Positions 55,042 through 64,000 of a DNA stretch of 64,000 bases are shown here, piece by piece (position 1 is the stretch's first letter; each line of letters opens with the position of its first letter). Origin of the DNA: Christensenellaceae bacterium (lineage in GTDB: Bacteria > Bacillota > Clostridia > Christensenellales > UBA1242); assembly GCA_031260975.1 (NCBI GenBank), contig JAISKJ010000003.1, forward strand, positions 436,065-500,064, read 5' to 3'. A program made the position numbers and the translations under genes. Under the pieces are notes generated by a model. It ran no database searches. It saw nothing but the letters and a program-made list of their open reading frames with translations, and was not told the DNA's origin.

Positions 55042-55890
55042 TTAATATGCTATAACAAGGCCCTTATCGCATGCGTAAAAACTTGCAAGTCCTCGCATTA
55101 AATATGTTTTAATATTTGTTAAACCGAATTTAGATTCTAAAAGTTTTTTTAGAAGAGAGGCATCTTCTTCGTTATGACAATGTGATATTACAAGGGGAAT
55201 GTCTTTTCCTTGTTCCTTTATTTTTTCTGCAGGATAATCGCTTAAAGTCATAAGAGCTTTTTTTGTGCCCAATATTTTTGCATACATTTTTATTTCGCCC
55301 TCGCCGTTGTCTCCGCATATTGGTTTAATTGCAAATATCGAAGCAATTAATCCTGCTAATTTCCCAATTCGTCCGGTTTTTATAAGATTGGTATAATCAT
55401 GAATTAAAAATCTTGTTTTCATTGATTTTCTAAAAGATAAAATATGTTTTATAATTTCATCAAAAGTATATTTGCCGGTTTCAATAAGTTCTTTTAACTT
55501 ATTTAATATAAGTGCCATTCCGGCAGTAGCGGTTAAACTGTCAAGCACAAAAATTTTTTTATGCGGACTTTCTTCAAGAACTGTTTCGGCGGCAAGCCGA
55601 GCACTGTTATAAGTTCCGCTAAGTTTAGAACTTAATGTAACACAAACAATATTGTCTCCCTTTCTCATAACTTCGGCAAAAGCTTCGGGCGGAGGACAAG
55701 CGGTTTTAGGTGCATCTTTATTGGCTTTCATATTTAAAACTAATTCTTTTGTATCTAAATTTTCTTCATCGAGATAGTGATTATCCCCTATTGTGATTGT
55801 GAGCGGAACTGCTGAAAAATCAATTTTATCCGAAACGAAGTTAGTTGATTTCAAGTCACATCCACTGTCTGCTATTATTGTAAATTTCAT
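55042..55890 (-). CDS. DegV family fatty-acid-binding protein
   Basis: 282 aa; MKFTIIADSGCDL N-terminus and overall DegV layout. Confidence 0.88.
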   Translation of the reverse strand: MKFTIIADSGCDLKSTNFVSDKIDFSAVPLTITIGDNHYLDEENLDTKELVLNMKANKDAPKTACPPPEAFAEVMRKGDNIVCVTLSSKLSGTYNSARLAAETVLEESPHKKIFVLDSLTATAGMALILNKLKELIETGKYTFDEIIKHILSFRKSMKTRFLIHDYTNLIKTGRIGKLAGLIASIFAIKPICGDNGEGEIKMYAKILGTKKALMTLSDYPAEKIKEQGKDIPLVISHCHNEEDASLLKKLLESKFGLTNIKTYLMRGLASFYACDKGLVIAY

Positions 55891-56065
55891 TTTACTTCTC
55901 CTTTTTACATATAATATTATAATGATTAAGTTCTAAAAACAATTCTATTTCTTATTTAAAAGACTGAATTGTTTGAATTATAGAAATAGAGAGACGAAAA
56001 TCAACTCTACCAACAGTGGAATGGGTTTTTATTAACAAAAATATATAAAAATTGCAAATTAAATG

Positions 56066-56139
56066 TGGCAGGGAGTGTAGGACTTGAACCCACCTCATAG
56101 GTTTTGGAGACCTAGGCACAACCTCTATACCAACTCCCT
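56066..56139 (-). tRNA. trnW: tRNA-Trp (anticodon CCA)
   Basis: 74 nt; acceptor AGGGAGT/ACTCCCT, anticodon stem TAGGT/ACCTA with loop CTCCAAA, T-arm GTGGG-TTCAAGT-CCTAC, encoded CCA end. Confidence 0.9.
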
Positions 56140-56202
56140 TCGTTTCGTCGTAGCTCATCAACACTGTTCATTTTGCTTACGCAAATAACCGAGCATATTT
56201 GT

Positions 56203-56231
56203 ATTATATAACAAACAGTTCAAACTGTCAA
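56203..56231 (-). promoter_or_regulatory. consensus promoter of tRNA-Trp (TTGACA-17-TATAAT)
   Basis: -35 at 56231-26, -10 at 56208-03 on the minus strand. Confidence 0.7.
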
Positions 56232-56260
56232 CAAAAAAGCAACCGGCATGGCTGCTTTTA
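56232..56260 (-). terminator. intrinsic terminator of rny
   Basis: Minus-strand AGCAGCC-AUGCC-GGUUGCU stem followed by U6. Confidence 0.8.
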
Positions 56261-56276
56261 TTTGGTTTATACATTC

Positions 56277-57827
56277 TTATTTTGCGGTTTCAATACTTCG
56301 GGTTTCTCTGATTACATTTACTCTGATTTGACCGGGATATTCCATTTCTTCCTCAATTTTCTTGGCAATATCCTTAGCCAAGAATACTGCTCCGGCGTCG
56401 TCAATTTCTTCGGGTTTAACCATTATCCTAATCTCTCTGCCCGCCTGAATAGCAAATGATTTTTCAACACCCTTAAAGCTGTTGGCTATACCTTCAAGCT
56501 TTTCAAGTCTCTTAATATAAGTATCCAACGACTCTCTTCGCGCTCCGGGTCTGCTGCTTGAAATAGCATCCGCCACCTGCACCAAAATTGCTTCAATTGT
56601 CTTAAATTCCACATCGCCATGGTGCGCTTCAATACAATGGATTACAGCCGGACTTTCTTTATATTTTTTGGCAATGTCGACACCCAGCTGAACATGAGTG
56701 CCCTCCATTTCAAAGTCAAGAGCTTTGCCCAGATCATGAAGCAGACCGCCGCGCTTGGCAATTTGAATGTCTGCACCCACTTCAGCGGCAAGAAGCCCCG
56801 CCAGATGACATACTTCAAGGCTGTGAACCAGACAGTTCTGGCAATAACTTGTTCGGTATTTAAGCTTTCCGAGCACTCGTGCAATTTCAGGGTGAACTCC
56901 AAGTAGCCCTGATTCATATACTGCGTTATCCCCTGCTTCTTTAATGGAGTTCTCAACATCTTTCTGCGCTTTTTCAACAATCTCTTCAATTCGCGCCGGA
57001 TGAATTCTGCCATCCATGATAAGTTTTTCAAGCGACATTCGGGCAATCTCACGCCTTATGGGGTCAAAGCCTGACAGCACCACTGCTTCGGGAGTGTCAT
57101 CTATAATAAGGTCTATACCTGTTGCGTTTTCAATGGCTCTGATGTTTCGGCCTTCTCGCCCAATTATTCTGCCCTTCATTTCGTCGTTTGGCAGAGGCAC
57201 CACCGTTACAGTGATTTCGGAGGTGTGATCGGTTGCACATTTCTGAATGGCAAGGCTCACAATCTCCTTAGCTTTTTTGCTTGCTTCATCCTTGGCGGTC
57301 TGTTCAATGTTTCGTACAATTGTTGCCGCCTCTTTTTTGGCCTCATCGGTATATTTTTCTATAAGTGTCTTTTTGGCCTGATCCTTTGTCATGCCTGCCA
57401 CTTTCTGAAGCTGCTCATCAACCTTGCTTGTAGCTTCTTCGGCTTCTTTTTTGATTTGTTCCAACTGTTGCTCTTTTGTGTTTAGCTTTTTTGTTGTTTC
57501 TTCAACATGTTGGAGTTTGCTGTCATATTCGGTTTCTTTTAGTTTCAATGTTTCTTCTTTTTGCAAAAGCTTATTTTCGTTTCTCATAAGCTCGCCCCGT
57601 TTTTCACTAACTTCTTCGTCAAACTTTTCTTTCAGGGTTTGTATTTCTTCTTTTGCTTCTAATATTGCTTCTTTCTTTGCGGTTTTTGCTTCCGCGTATG
57701 CGTTTTCAAGTACTTTTGCTGCGGTGTTTTTAGACTTCTTTGAACCGGAAATAAAGATAAGCAATGTTACCCCAAAACCAATTCCAAGACCCAAAACCGC
57801 CAAAAGCACGCCTAACCATATTGGCAT
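56277..57827 (-). CDS. rny: ribonuclease Y
   Basis: 516 aa; N-terminal TM, coiled coil, KH domain ([12 protein letters not shown]), HD domain (LLHDLGK). Confidence 0.96.
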   Translation of the reverse strand: MPIWLGVLLAVLGLGIGFGVTLLIFISGSKKSKNTAAKVLENAYAEAKTAKKEAILEAKEEIQTLKEKFDEEVSEKRGELMRNENKLLQKEETLKLKETEYDSKLQHVEETTKKLNTKEQQLEQIKKEAEEATSKVDEQLQKVAGMTKDQAKKTLIEKYTDEAKKEAATIVRNIEQTAKDEASKKAKEIVSLAIQKCATDHTSEITVTVVPLPNDEMKGRIIGREGRNIRAIENATGIDLIIDDTPEAVVLSGFDPIRREIARMSLEKLIMDGRIHPARIEEIVEKAQKDVENSIKEAGDNAVYESGLLGVHPEIARVLGKLKYRTSYCQNCLVHSLEVCHLAGLLAAEVGADIQIAKRGGLLHDLGKALDFEMEGTHVQLGVDIAKKYKESPAVIHCIEAHHGDVEFKTIEAILVQVADAISSSRPGARRESLDTYIKRLEKLEGIANSFKGVEKSFAIQAGREIRIMVKPEEIDDAGAVFLAKDIAKKIEEEMEYPGQIRVNVIRETRSIETAK

Positions 57828-58022
57828 TTTTGTTCCCTTCCTTTATTATTTAATTTGCATATATCTTTAGCGCTTCAGCGCTGTTAATTATATATACTAT
57901 CTATATTCTATCGTATATGGCTATACTTGTCAAATCTTTTGGGCAAGTGTATGAATCAACGTTTTTAGTTACATCCATTTTGAATAAAAAAACAGGCTTC
58001 AGCCCGCTTTTAAATACTGAAA

Positions 58023-58568
58023 TTAAAGCCCTATTCCGCCTTCAAATTTTTCTTTATATAATTTGATTGCAGTTTCAATAACCTTGATAGCAGCCTCTCT
58101 TCCTTCGATTTTATCAACTTGCACAGGCTTGTTTTCCAGCTGCTTATACACTGTGAAGAAATGCTGCAGCTCAGCTGCTATATGTTTAGGAAGCTCTGAA
58201 ACATCGCTGTAATCATTATAAGTAGAATCTTTAAGAGCTACTGCAACAATCTTTTCGTCAAGCTCACCCTGATCATGCATCCTGAGCACGCCTATAGGCT
58301 TGCAACGCACCAGACTTGCCTTTTCAATCGCTTGGCTGCAAAGCACGCATACGTCAAGTGGGTCTTTATCCTCACAAAATGTTCGGGGGATAAATCCGTA
58401 ATTCATCGGATAGTGTGTTGAGGTAGAAAGCACGCGGTCAAGTATAATAAGACCGGTCTCCTTGTCAAGCTCATATTTGTTTTTACAGCCCTTTTCGATT
58501 TCAATAAAGGCAATAAAATCATTGGCTTTTATTCTTTCTGGATTAATATCTTTCCATACATTATACAT
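58023..58568 (-). CDS. ppa: inorganic pyrophosphatase (family I)
   Basis: 181 aa; EIEKGCKNKYELD and DPLDVCVL motifs. Confidence 0.92.
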   Translation of the reverse strand: MYNVWKDINPERIKANDFIAFIEIEKGCKNKYELDKETGLIILDRVLSTSTHYPMNYGFIPRTFCEDKDPLDVCVLCSQAIEKASLVRCKPIGVLRMHDQGELDEKIVAVALKDSTYNDYSDVSELPKHIAAELQHFFTVYKQLENKPVQVDKIEGREAAIKVIETAIKLYKEKFEGGIGL

Positions 58569-58696
58569 AAATTTAGTTTTCTCCTTAAATTTGCTTTAGA
58601 GCCGATAAAATCGGCGAAAATTTCGTCTCTTTTTTTGAGCGATAGGTATATCATACAATAAATTTAGTTTTAAAGTCAATTAAAATTCGACAAAAA

Positions 58697-58746
58697 TTGC
58701 ATAATCTTTGCATAGTATTATGCAAAAGTTTGCACAGTACTATGCA
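58697..58746. repeat. palindromic repeat cluster: half copy plus one perfect plus one 2-mismatch copy
   Basis: TTGCATAAT 58697-705; TTGCATAGTATTATGCAA 58708-25; TTGCACAGTACTATGCAA 58729-46; preceded by ATTCGACAAAAA 58685-96. Confidence 0.9.
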
Positions 58747-58748
58747 AT

Positions 58749-59915
58749 CTAATGCCCATCTTCGATTATCATGCTCTCAGCTCCAGCTATAGCTTCGTCT
58801 ATGAGTGCTTCTATATCCAAAAATTTTTCGTTCAATTCTATGCGTGTTGTCTTTGGTTTAGTTACCGGTGACTTTGGCAAAAATACGCTGCAGCAGTCCT
58901 CATAAGGCAAAATTGAGGTTTCATAGGTTCCGATATTTTTTGAAATTGCGATGATATCCGTTTTGTCAAAGCCTATTAGCGGGCGCAGAACGGGCAATGT
59001 TTCAACAACCCCATTGCTGGCTGTCAAACCCTCAATCGTCTGACTTGCCACTTGACCCAGGCTTTCACCTGTGATGATTGCACTGCAATGATTTTGTTTG
59101 CCCAGCCGTTCGGCAATTCTAAACATAAAGCGCCGCGTAAAGGTCACCATATATTCACTGTCGCAGTTTTTATGGATTTCCTCCTGAATTTTAGTAAACG
59201 GCACTATAATTAGCTTAATAGAACCGGTATACGGTGTCATAAGTTTTGACAGCGTTATTACCTTTTGTTTAGCCTGTTCGCTTGTGTAGGGGTAACTGTG
59301 AAAATGTATAGCCATAATATTAAGGCCGCGTTTTGCCATCATAAAACCTGCCACAGGACTGTCTATTCCGCCGCTCAGCATAAGCATACCTTGTCCCGCC
59401 GTGCCCACAGGCATACCGCCATAGCATGGGAGCTTTTGGTGATAAACAAAGGTTGTGCCGTTCTCTCTTATGTCTATATGCACAGTGCTCTTTGGGTTGT
59501 GAACATCCACCTTGGCATGGGGGTTATTTTCAAGAATTATGTCCCCCATTTTGGCCGAAAATTCATATGATTTTATAGGGAAGTTTTTGTCGGCCCGCCG
59601 TGTTTCGACCTTAAAGGTTTGAGTAGTAATCTTTATTGTTTTTATTATATCAATTATTGCCGACTCTGCTGTCTTTATACTAAGAGCAACGCTAAGGCTT
59701 ACAATTCCGAATATCTTTTTAATACGCTCTATCAAATGCTCACGAAGTGAGGGGTCAAATCTTTCAACAATAATTCTGGCTCCTCCGCGGCTTACGGCGG
59801 CCCCATATGGTTTTACTGCCCGCTTTATGTTGTTTAGAAGAGTGCGTTCAAAAAAATTGAAGTTTTTACCCTTCAAAAAAATCTCCCCATATCGCAGTAG
59901 TAATACCTCTTGCAT
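58749..59915 (-). CDS. thiI: tRNA 4-thiouridine(8) synthase ThiI
   Basis: 388 aa; THUMP domain, PP-loop SGGIDSPVA. Confidence 0.92.
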   Translation of the reverse strand: MQEVLLLRYGEIFLKGKNFNFFERTLLNNIKRAVKPYGAAVSRGGARIIVERFDPSLREHLIERIKKIFGIVSLSVALSIKTAESAIIDIIKTIKITTQTFKVETRRADKNFPIKSYEFSAKMGDIILENNPHAKVDVHNPKSTVHIDIRENGTTFVYHQKLPCYGGMPVGTAGQGMLMLSGGIDSPVAGFMMAKRGLNIMAIHFHSYPYTSEQAKQKVITLSKLMTPYTGSIKLIIVPFTKIQEEIHKNCDSEYMVTFTRRFMFRIAERLGKQNHCSAIITGESLGQVASQTIEGLTASNGVVETLPVLRPLIGFDKTDIIAISKNIGTYETSILPYEDCCSVFLPKSPVTKPKTTRIELNEKFLDIEALIDEAIAGAESMIIEDGH

Positions 59916-59925
59916 AGTGTTCTCC

Positions 59926-61044
59926 TTAAATATTCAAAAGCTTGTTTATGCCGCTCACCAGAATCCGGCTGGCTTGGCTTATTTCGTCAAGTGTGTTAAG
60001 GTGACTGAAACTTATTCTGACGCTTCCAACAATATCGGTTTTGCTGCGCCCCATCGAAGCAAGCGCCCGATTTTCGATGTGCTTTGCGTTACACGCCGAT
60101 CCCGTTGTAATCAATATGTCGTGCTCTTTTAAAACATTTACCAAAGTCTGTCCCATAATCCCCTTAATTGAGAGGCTAAGCACATGCGGAAGCCCATTTC
60201 CGTTAATTATTATCTTGTCTTTAACGGGTCCAAGACCTTTTATAAACTCTTCTTTCAAGTGGGTTATGTGCTTGTTAAACTCGTCAAAGTTTTCAAACAT
60301 ATAGTCAACTGCTCTGCCAAATCCCATAATTCCCGAGGTATTTTGTGTTCCGGGTCTGAGACTTCCTTCGTGCTCACCACCCATACTTATGGCTTTTAGC
60401 ATAAGCTTTGGCGCAACATAAAGTGCCCCGATTCCTTTGGGTCCATGAATTTTGTGAGCGCAGATTGTGCAAAGGCTTATACCCAGCTTTTTGCATGAAA
60501 ATTTCATCTTACAAAACCCTTGAACGGCATCTACATGCAGGCGGGCCTTTGGGCATTTTGTTTTTATAAGTCTGCTTACTTCGGCAATGTTATTGACTGC
60601 ACCCGTTTCGTTGCTGGCGAGCATCACCGACACAAAACCAACGCTCTCATCAAGTGCCTCTTCAAGCTTTGTGAGGTTTATGGTGCCATCATCGCTAAGA
60701 GGCACCAACCTTGTTTCAATACCCTGCTGTTTTAGATGCATGGCCACGCTGTGCACCGAAGCGTGTTCGCCTTCGGCAAATACAAAAGCTTTCTTTTTGT
60801 CTATTAGGCTGCCCAAAATAGCCAGGTTGTTTGATTCAGTAGCGCCCGACGTAAATATAATTCTGCCACTCGAGTCTCCGTCAAGCTTTTTTATGAAGTT
60901 TTGTTTAACATTGTCAATCTCTACGTTCAGGTCGTTTGTATAAGGAGAAGCTGAATTAAAATAGATTTCTTCGTTATACTTTTTTATAATTTCTCCGACG
61001 TAAGGCACAACCTTGGTGGTTGCTGCATTATCAAGATATATCAT
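59926..61044 (-). CDS. cysteine desulfurase (NifS/IscS-like, class V aminotransferase)
   Basis: 372 aa; PLP-Lys region CAHKIHGPKG, SGSAC-type catalytic Cys (TGSACN); paired with thiI. Confidence 0.88.
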   Translation of the reverse strand: MIYLDNAATTKVVPYVGEIIKKYNEEIYFNSASPYTNDLNVEIDNVKQNFIKKLDGDSSGRIIFTSGATESNNLAILGSLIDKKKAFVFAEGEHASVHSVAMHLKQQGIETRLVPLSDDGTINLTKLEEALDESVGFVSVMLASNETGAVNNIAEVSRLIKTKCPKARLHVDAVQGFCKMKFSCKKLGISLCTICAHKIHGPKGIGALYVAPKLMLKAISMGGEHEGSLRPGTQNTSGIMGFGRAVDYMFENFDEFNKHITHLKEEFIKGLGPVKDKIIINGNGLPHVLSLSIKGIMGQTLVNVLKEHDILITTGSACNAKHIENRALASMGRSKTDIVGSVRISFSHLNTLDEISQASRILVSGINKLLNI

Positions 61045-63416
61045 ACTCTCAATTCCGCCTTATTGTCCCGCTGCTCGGCCTCTATAATCTTGTTCATAAC
61101 GGCATTAATCTCACTATCAGTTAGAGTATTTTCATTTTGTTTAATAAAGAATTTTATAGCTATGCTCTTTTTGTTTGCCGGCACCTGTGAACCCTCATAA
61201 ACGTCAAAGACAAACACATCGGAAATCTCATTTCTGGCACATTTTTTGGCACTTGACAAAATGTTGCCGGCAGGAATGTCTTTGCCCACAACAAACGCCA
61301 AATCGCGTTCAATCAGCGGTAGCTTATCGGGAGCCTTTCCTGTTTTTGCGTCAGTGTTTTTGACAAGAACCTGACTGAGGTCAATTTCTGCTACATATAC
61401 CTTTTTGCTTATTTCAAAGTTCTCTGAAACTTTGGGGTGCAATTCACCTATTAAACCTATCTTTTTGTTGTAAAGATAAACCTCGGCGGCAATTCCGGGA
61501 TGTAAAAAATCAATTTGAGCCTGTTTATATTCAAATGTAAGCCCAAGACTCTGTCCTATTTTATCTACGCTTTGTTTAAGACTGAAAAAGTCTTCACCGT
61601 CGGCATTCAAAACAAGTGCCAGATTATCGTGCTCATTGGGCAGTTCTGTCATCGGCAGCTGTTTTGGTTCATAAATTCTTCCAAGCTCAAACAAATATAA
61701 ATTCTTGTTGCCTTGATTAATGTTAAAAGACAAAGTATTAATAAGCCCGTTCAAAAGGCTTTTTCGCATTATGCTATATTCCTGGCCTATAGGGTTAGCA
61801 AGCTTTATATGCGTGTTTTCATCCTGCCCAAAATTCCCAATCCATTTGGGCGAAACAAACTGATAGTTTACTGCCTCCACAAATCCTTCGGCCGCAGCGG
61901 TGAGCCTTAAGGTGTTAATATTTTGCTGTTGCAGAGTAATATTTCCGTAAAAAATAGTTTTTGTGGGTGTAATTCCTTCGGTCAAATTGTCATAGCCCAC
62001 ACTTCGCCCGATTTCTTCAATAATGTCACACTCCAGGCTGATATCAGTGCGATATTCGGGGATTTGTGTGCTGAGTGTTTTTCCGCTAATGGTTGTTATT
62101 AGTCCTAAATTGTTTAAATATTGTGCCATTTGCTCACCGTTCAAGCCGAGACCCAGAGTTTGGTTAATGTTTGTAATATTGCTTTTGACCGCTATAGGTT
62201 TGGTCTTGCCGAAATTCTCATCCTCTATCACGCTGCTGATAATTCCTACTCCCAAGCTGTCAACAAGGTTAAGCGCACGCCGCATTCCAAGTTCGGCACA
62301 TTCGTTATATACGCCTTTAGAGTATCTGACACCCGCATCGCTCACAATGCCCAGAGCATTTTTTGTGTGTCTGATGTTGGCGCCGTCAAAAATTGCGCTT
62401 TCTAAAAATACGTCTTTGGTTGTAGTATATGTTCCGCTGTCAACCCCTCCCAAAACTCCTGCCACAACCAAAGCCTTTTCGGCGTCGGCAATCACAAGGT
62501 TGTTTGGATTAAGCGTATAGGTATTTCCGTCAAGCGTTTGCAACTTTTCACCCTTTTTTGCGTCGCGCACAATGATTTTACCTTTGATTTTGCTCAGGTC
62601 AAAAGCATGCATGGGCTGCCCTATTTCGGTCAGCACATAGTTTGTGATATCCACAAACAGGCTGTGCGGCGTGTGTTCGGTCAATATCAGTCTTTTTCTG
62701 ATAAACTCAGGTGAAGGGCCATTTTTGATATTTTCAACCACAACACCCATATAACGGGTACAGTGTTTTTTGTTCTGCACTTCTACCTTTATGTTTTTTG
62801 TGCTGTTATGAGTTTTAAAAGTCAACTTTGGCATGGTGAATTTTAATCCGAATGCTGCCGCAACTTCACGGGCTATGCCTATCACACTGTTGCAGTCGGG
62901 GCGGTTTGGCAAAATCTTTACGTCAAGCACAACCTCATCAAGCCCCAAAACCTTTGCCATGGGCTCTCCAATTTTTGTGTCGGGCCCAAGTATAAGCAAT
63001 CCATCGTTTTCAGCGTTTGGGTATATGTTGTTGTTAATATTTAGCTCGTCGCCTCCGCAAAACATACCCTGAGACTTTTCGCCTCTTATCTCACCGGTTC
63101 TGATTTTTTTTCCGCACGGAAGATTAGCTCCGTCCTGTGCCAGTGCCACGATGTCGCCCTCTTTCATATTTTTGGCGCCCGTAACAATTTGAACGGTGTC
63201 GCTTCCGATATCGGCCTTACACACAACCAACTTGTCGGCATTGGGATGCTGAGTTATTTTGGTGATTTTTGCGCTTATCACCTTTTCAAGCCCTTTAGAT
63301 TTGTTGATTATCTCATCTATCTCAAAACCAACCCCCGTGAGTTTTTTCACAAGAGTTTCAAGTGGGATATTATCTATTTTCACAAAATCGTTTAACCACG
63401 ATAATAGTATTTTCAT
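61041..63416 (-). CDS. pheT: phenylalanyl-tRNA synthetase beta subunit
   Basis: MKILLSWLNDFV start; tRNA-binding, B3/4, B5 and FDX-ACB domains; ORF-track start 63437 is a 7-aa extension. Confidence 0.95.
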   Translation of the reverse strand: MKILLSWLNDFVKIDNIPLETLVKKLTGVGFEIDEIINKSKGLEKVISAKITKITQHPNADKLVVCKADIGSDTVQIVTGAKNMKEGDIVALAQDGANLPCGKKIRTGEIRGEKSQGMFCGGDELNINNNIYPNAENDGLLILGPDTKIGEPMAKVLGLDEVVLDVKILPNRPDCNSVIGIAREVAAAFGLKFTMPKLTFKTHNSTKNIKVEVQNKKHCTRYMGVVVENIKNGPSPEFIRKRLILTEHTPHSLFVDITNYVLTEIGQPMHAFDLSKIKGKIIVRDAKKGEKLQTLDGNTYTLNPNNLVIADAEKALVVAGVLGGVDSGTYTTTKDVFLESAIFDGANIRHTKNALGIVSDAGVRYSKGVYNECAELGMRRALNLVDSLGVGIISSVIEDENFGKTKPIAVKSNITNINQTLGLGLNGEQMAQYLNNLGLITTISGKTLSTQIPEYRTDISLECDIIEEIGRSVGYDNLTEGITPTKTIFYGNITLQQQNINTLRLTAAAEGFVEAVNYQFVSPKWIGNFGQDENTHIKLANPIGQEYSIMRKSLLNGLINTLSFNINQGNKNLYLFELGRIYEPKQLPMTELPNEHDNLALVLNADGEDFFSLKQSVDKIGQSLGLTFEYKQAQIDFLHPGIAAEVYLYNKKIGLIGELHPKVSENFEISKKVYVAEIDLSQVLVKNTDAKTGKAPDKLPLIERDLAFVVGKDIPAGNILSSAKKCARNEISDVFVFDVYEGSQVPANKKSIAIKFFIKQNENTLTDSEINAVMNKIIEAEQRDNKAELRV

Positions 63417-63439
63417 ATTTTTCTTCCCTTTTCCCAATT

Positions 63440-64000
63440 TTATCTGAATTGCTTTAAAAACCTTATGTCGTTTTCATACATAAGCCGGCTGTAGGGTATT
63501 TTATAATGATTTTTAACCACTCTGTCAAAACCAAATCCAAATGCAAAGCCGCTGTATTTTTTGCTGTCAATGCCGTTCATTTCCAAAACTTTTGGATGAA
63601 TCATGCCGGCACCAAACAACTCAAAGCCTCCGGTATTTTTGCAGGCAGAACACCCTTTTCCCATGCAAACGGAACATACAATATCGCCCTCAACGCTGGG
63701 TTCGGTAAAAGGAAAGTATGAACCGCGGAGTTTTATTTTCACATCTTCACCCATTATTTGACGTGCTACTGCGTCAAGTGTGGCTTTAAGGTCGACCATA
63801 CTGACTTTTTCGTCAATATATATGCCCTCAAATTGAAAAAAGCTGGGTGTATGTGTGGCGTCGTATTCATCTCTTCTGAAGCATCTGCCCGGACAAAAAG
63901 CCTTGAATGGCAGTTTTATATTCTGCATTGCTCTGGGCTGCGCGTTTGAAGTCTGAGTGCGAAGAAGTATATTTTCAGTTATATAAAAGGTGTCCTGCAT
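63440..64000 (-). CDS. pheS: phenylalanyl-tRNA synthetase alpha subunit, C-terminal part (5' end outside window)
   Basis: Class II core motifs (FRRDEYDATH, GFAFGFGFDR); runs to window edge. Confidence 0.94.
   Translation of the reverse strand: MQDTFYITENILLRTQTSNAQPRAMQNIKLPFKAFCPGRCFRRDEYDATHTPSFFQFEGIYIDEKVSMVDLKATLDAVARQIMGEDVKIKLRGSYFPFTEPSVEGDIVCSVCMGKGCSACKNTGGFELFGAGMIHPKVLEMNGIDSKKYSGFAFGFGFDRVVKNHYKIPYSRLMYENDIRFLKQFR

Noticed and set aside
1-64000. CRISPR arrays, IS elements or transposases, prophage genes, toxin-antitoxin pairs, restriction-modification or other known defence operons
   Set aside because: None was seen. There are no regularly spaced direct repeats with unique spacers and no transposase, integrase-attachment or phage structural ORFs. 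The single tyrosine recombinase is the lexA-linked Xer-like gene with no flanking mobile-element hallmarks.

Overview
Core chromosomal segment of a low-GC Bacillota (Clostridia-like) genome with about 54 protein genes and one tRNA. Nearly all are housekeeping genes in classic Firmicute synteny: infC-rpmI-rplT, yebC, ruvCAB, yajC, secDF, recJ, rpsO-pnp, M16 peptidase, ftsK, rimO, cinA-recA, a class A PBP, miaB-mutS-mutL-miaA, xer-lexA, serS, leuS, rnhA, an NrtR-linked NAD salvage cluster (prs-nadV-nadE), pgsA, degV, tRNA-Trp, rny, ppa and thiI-nifS-pheTS. I found no CRISPR array, transposase, prophage or recognisable defence operon. The unusual content is mostly non-coding. (1) An 18-20 nt palindrome, TTGCATAATACTATGCAA(AC), has 13 full or partial copies; two perfect copies sit in frame inside mutL, and others supply the 5' end of a DUF45 peptidase ORF. 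(2) Two elements after miaB and serS differ in sequence but share one architecture: three hairpins closed by an outer stem. (3) Two further repeat or inverted-repeat families occur after stop codons. (4) Five promoters have their -10 box only 6-9 nt from a start codon with no Shine-Dalgarno (SD) sequence, implying leaderless mRNAs. (5) The leuS leader carries a 10-codon Leu-Leu mini-ORF and a terminator instead of a canonical T-box. Accessory-looking coding content comprises a TGA-interrupted ORF coupled to a 456-aa orphan (6.1-7.95 kb), a non-canonical nucleotidyltransferase-like orphan plus DUF45 peptidase islet (39-41 kb), and a membrane-anchored PadR-like protein with an ABC-2 transporter. 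All functional calls rest on reading the translated ORFs and sequence motifs by eye; no database search was run.
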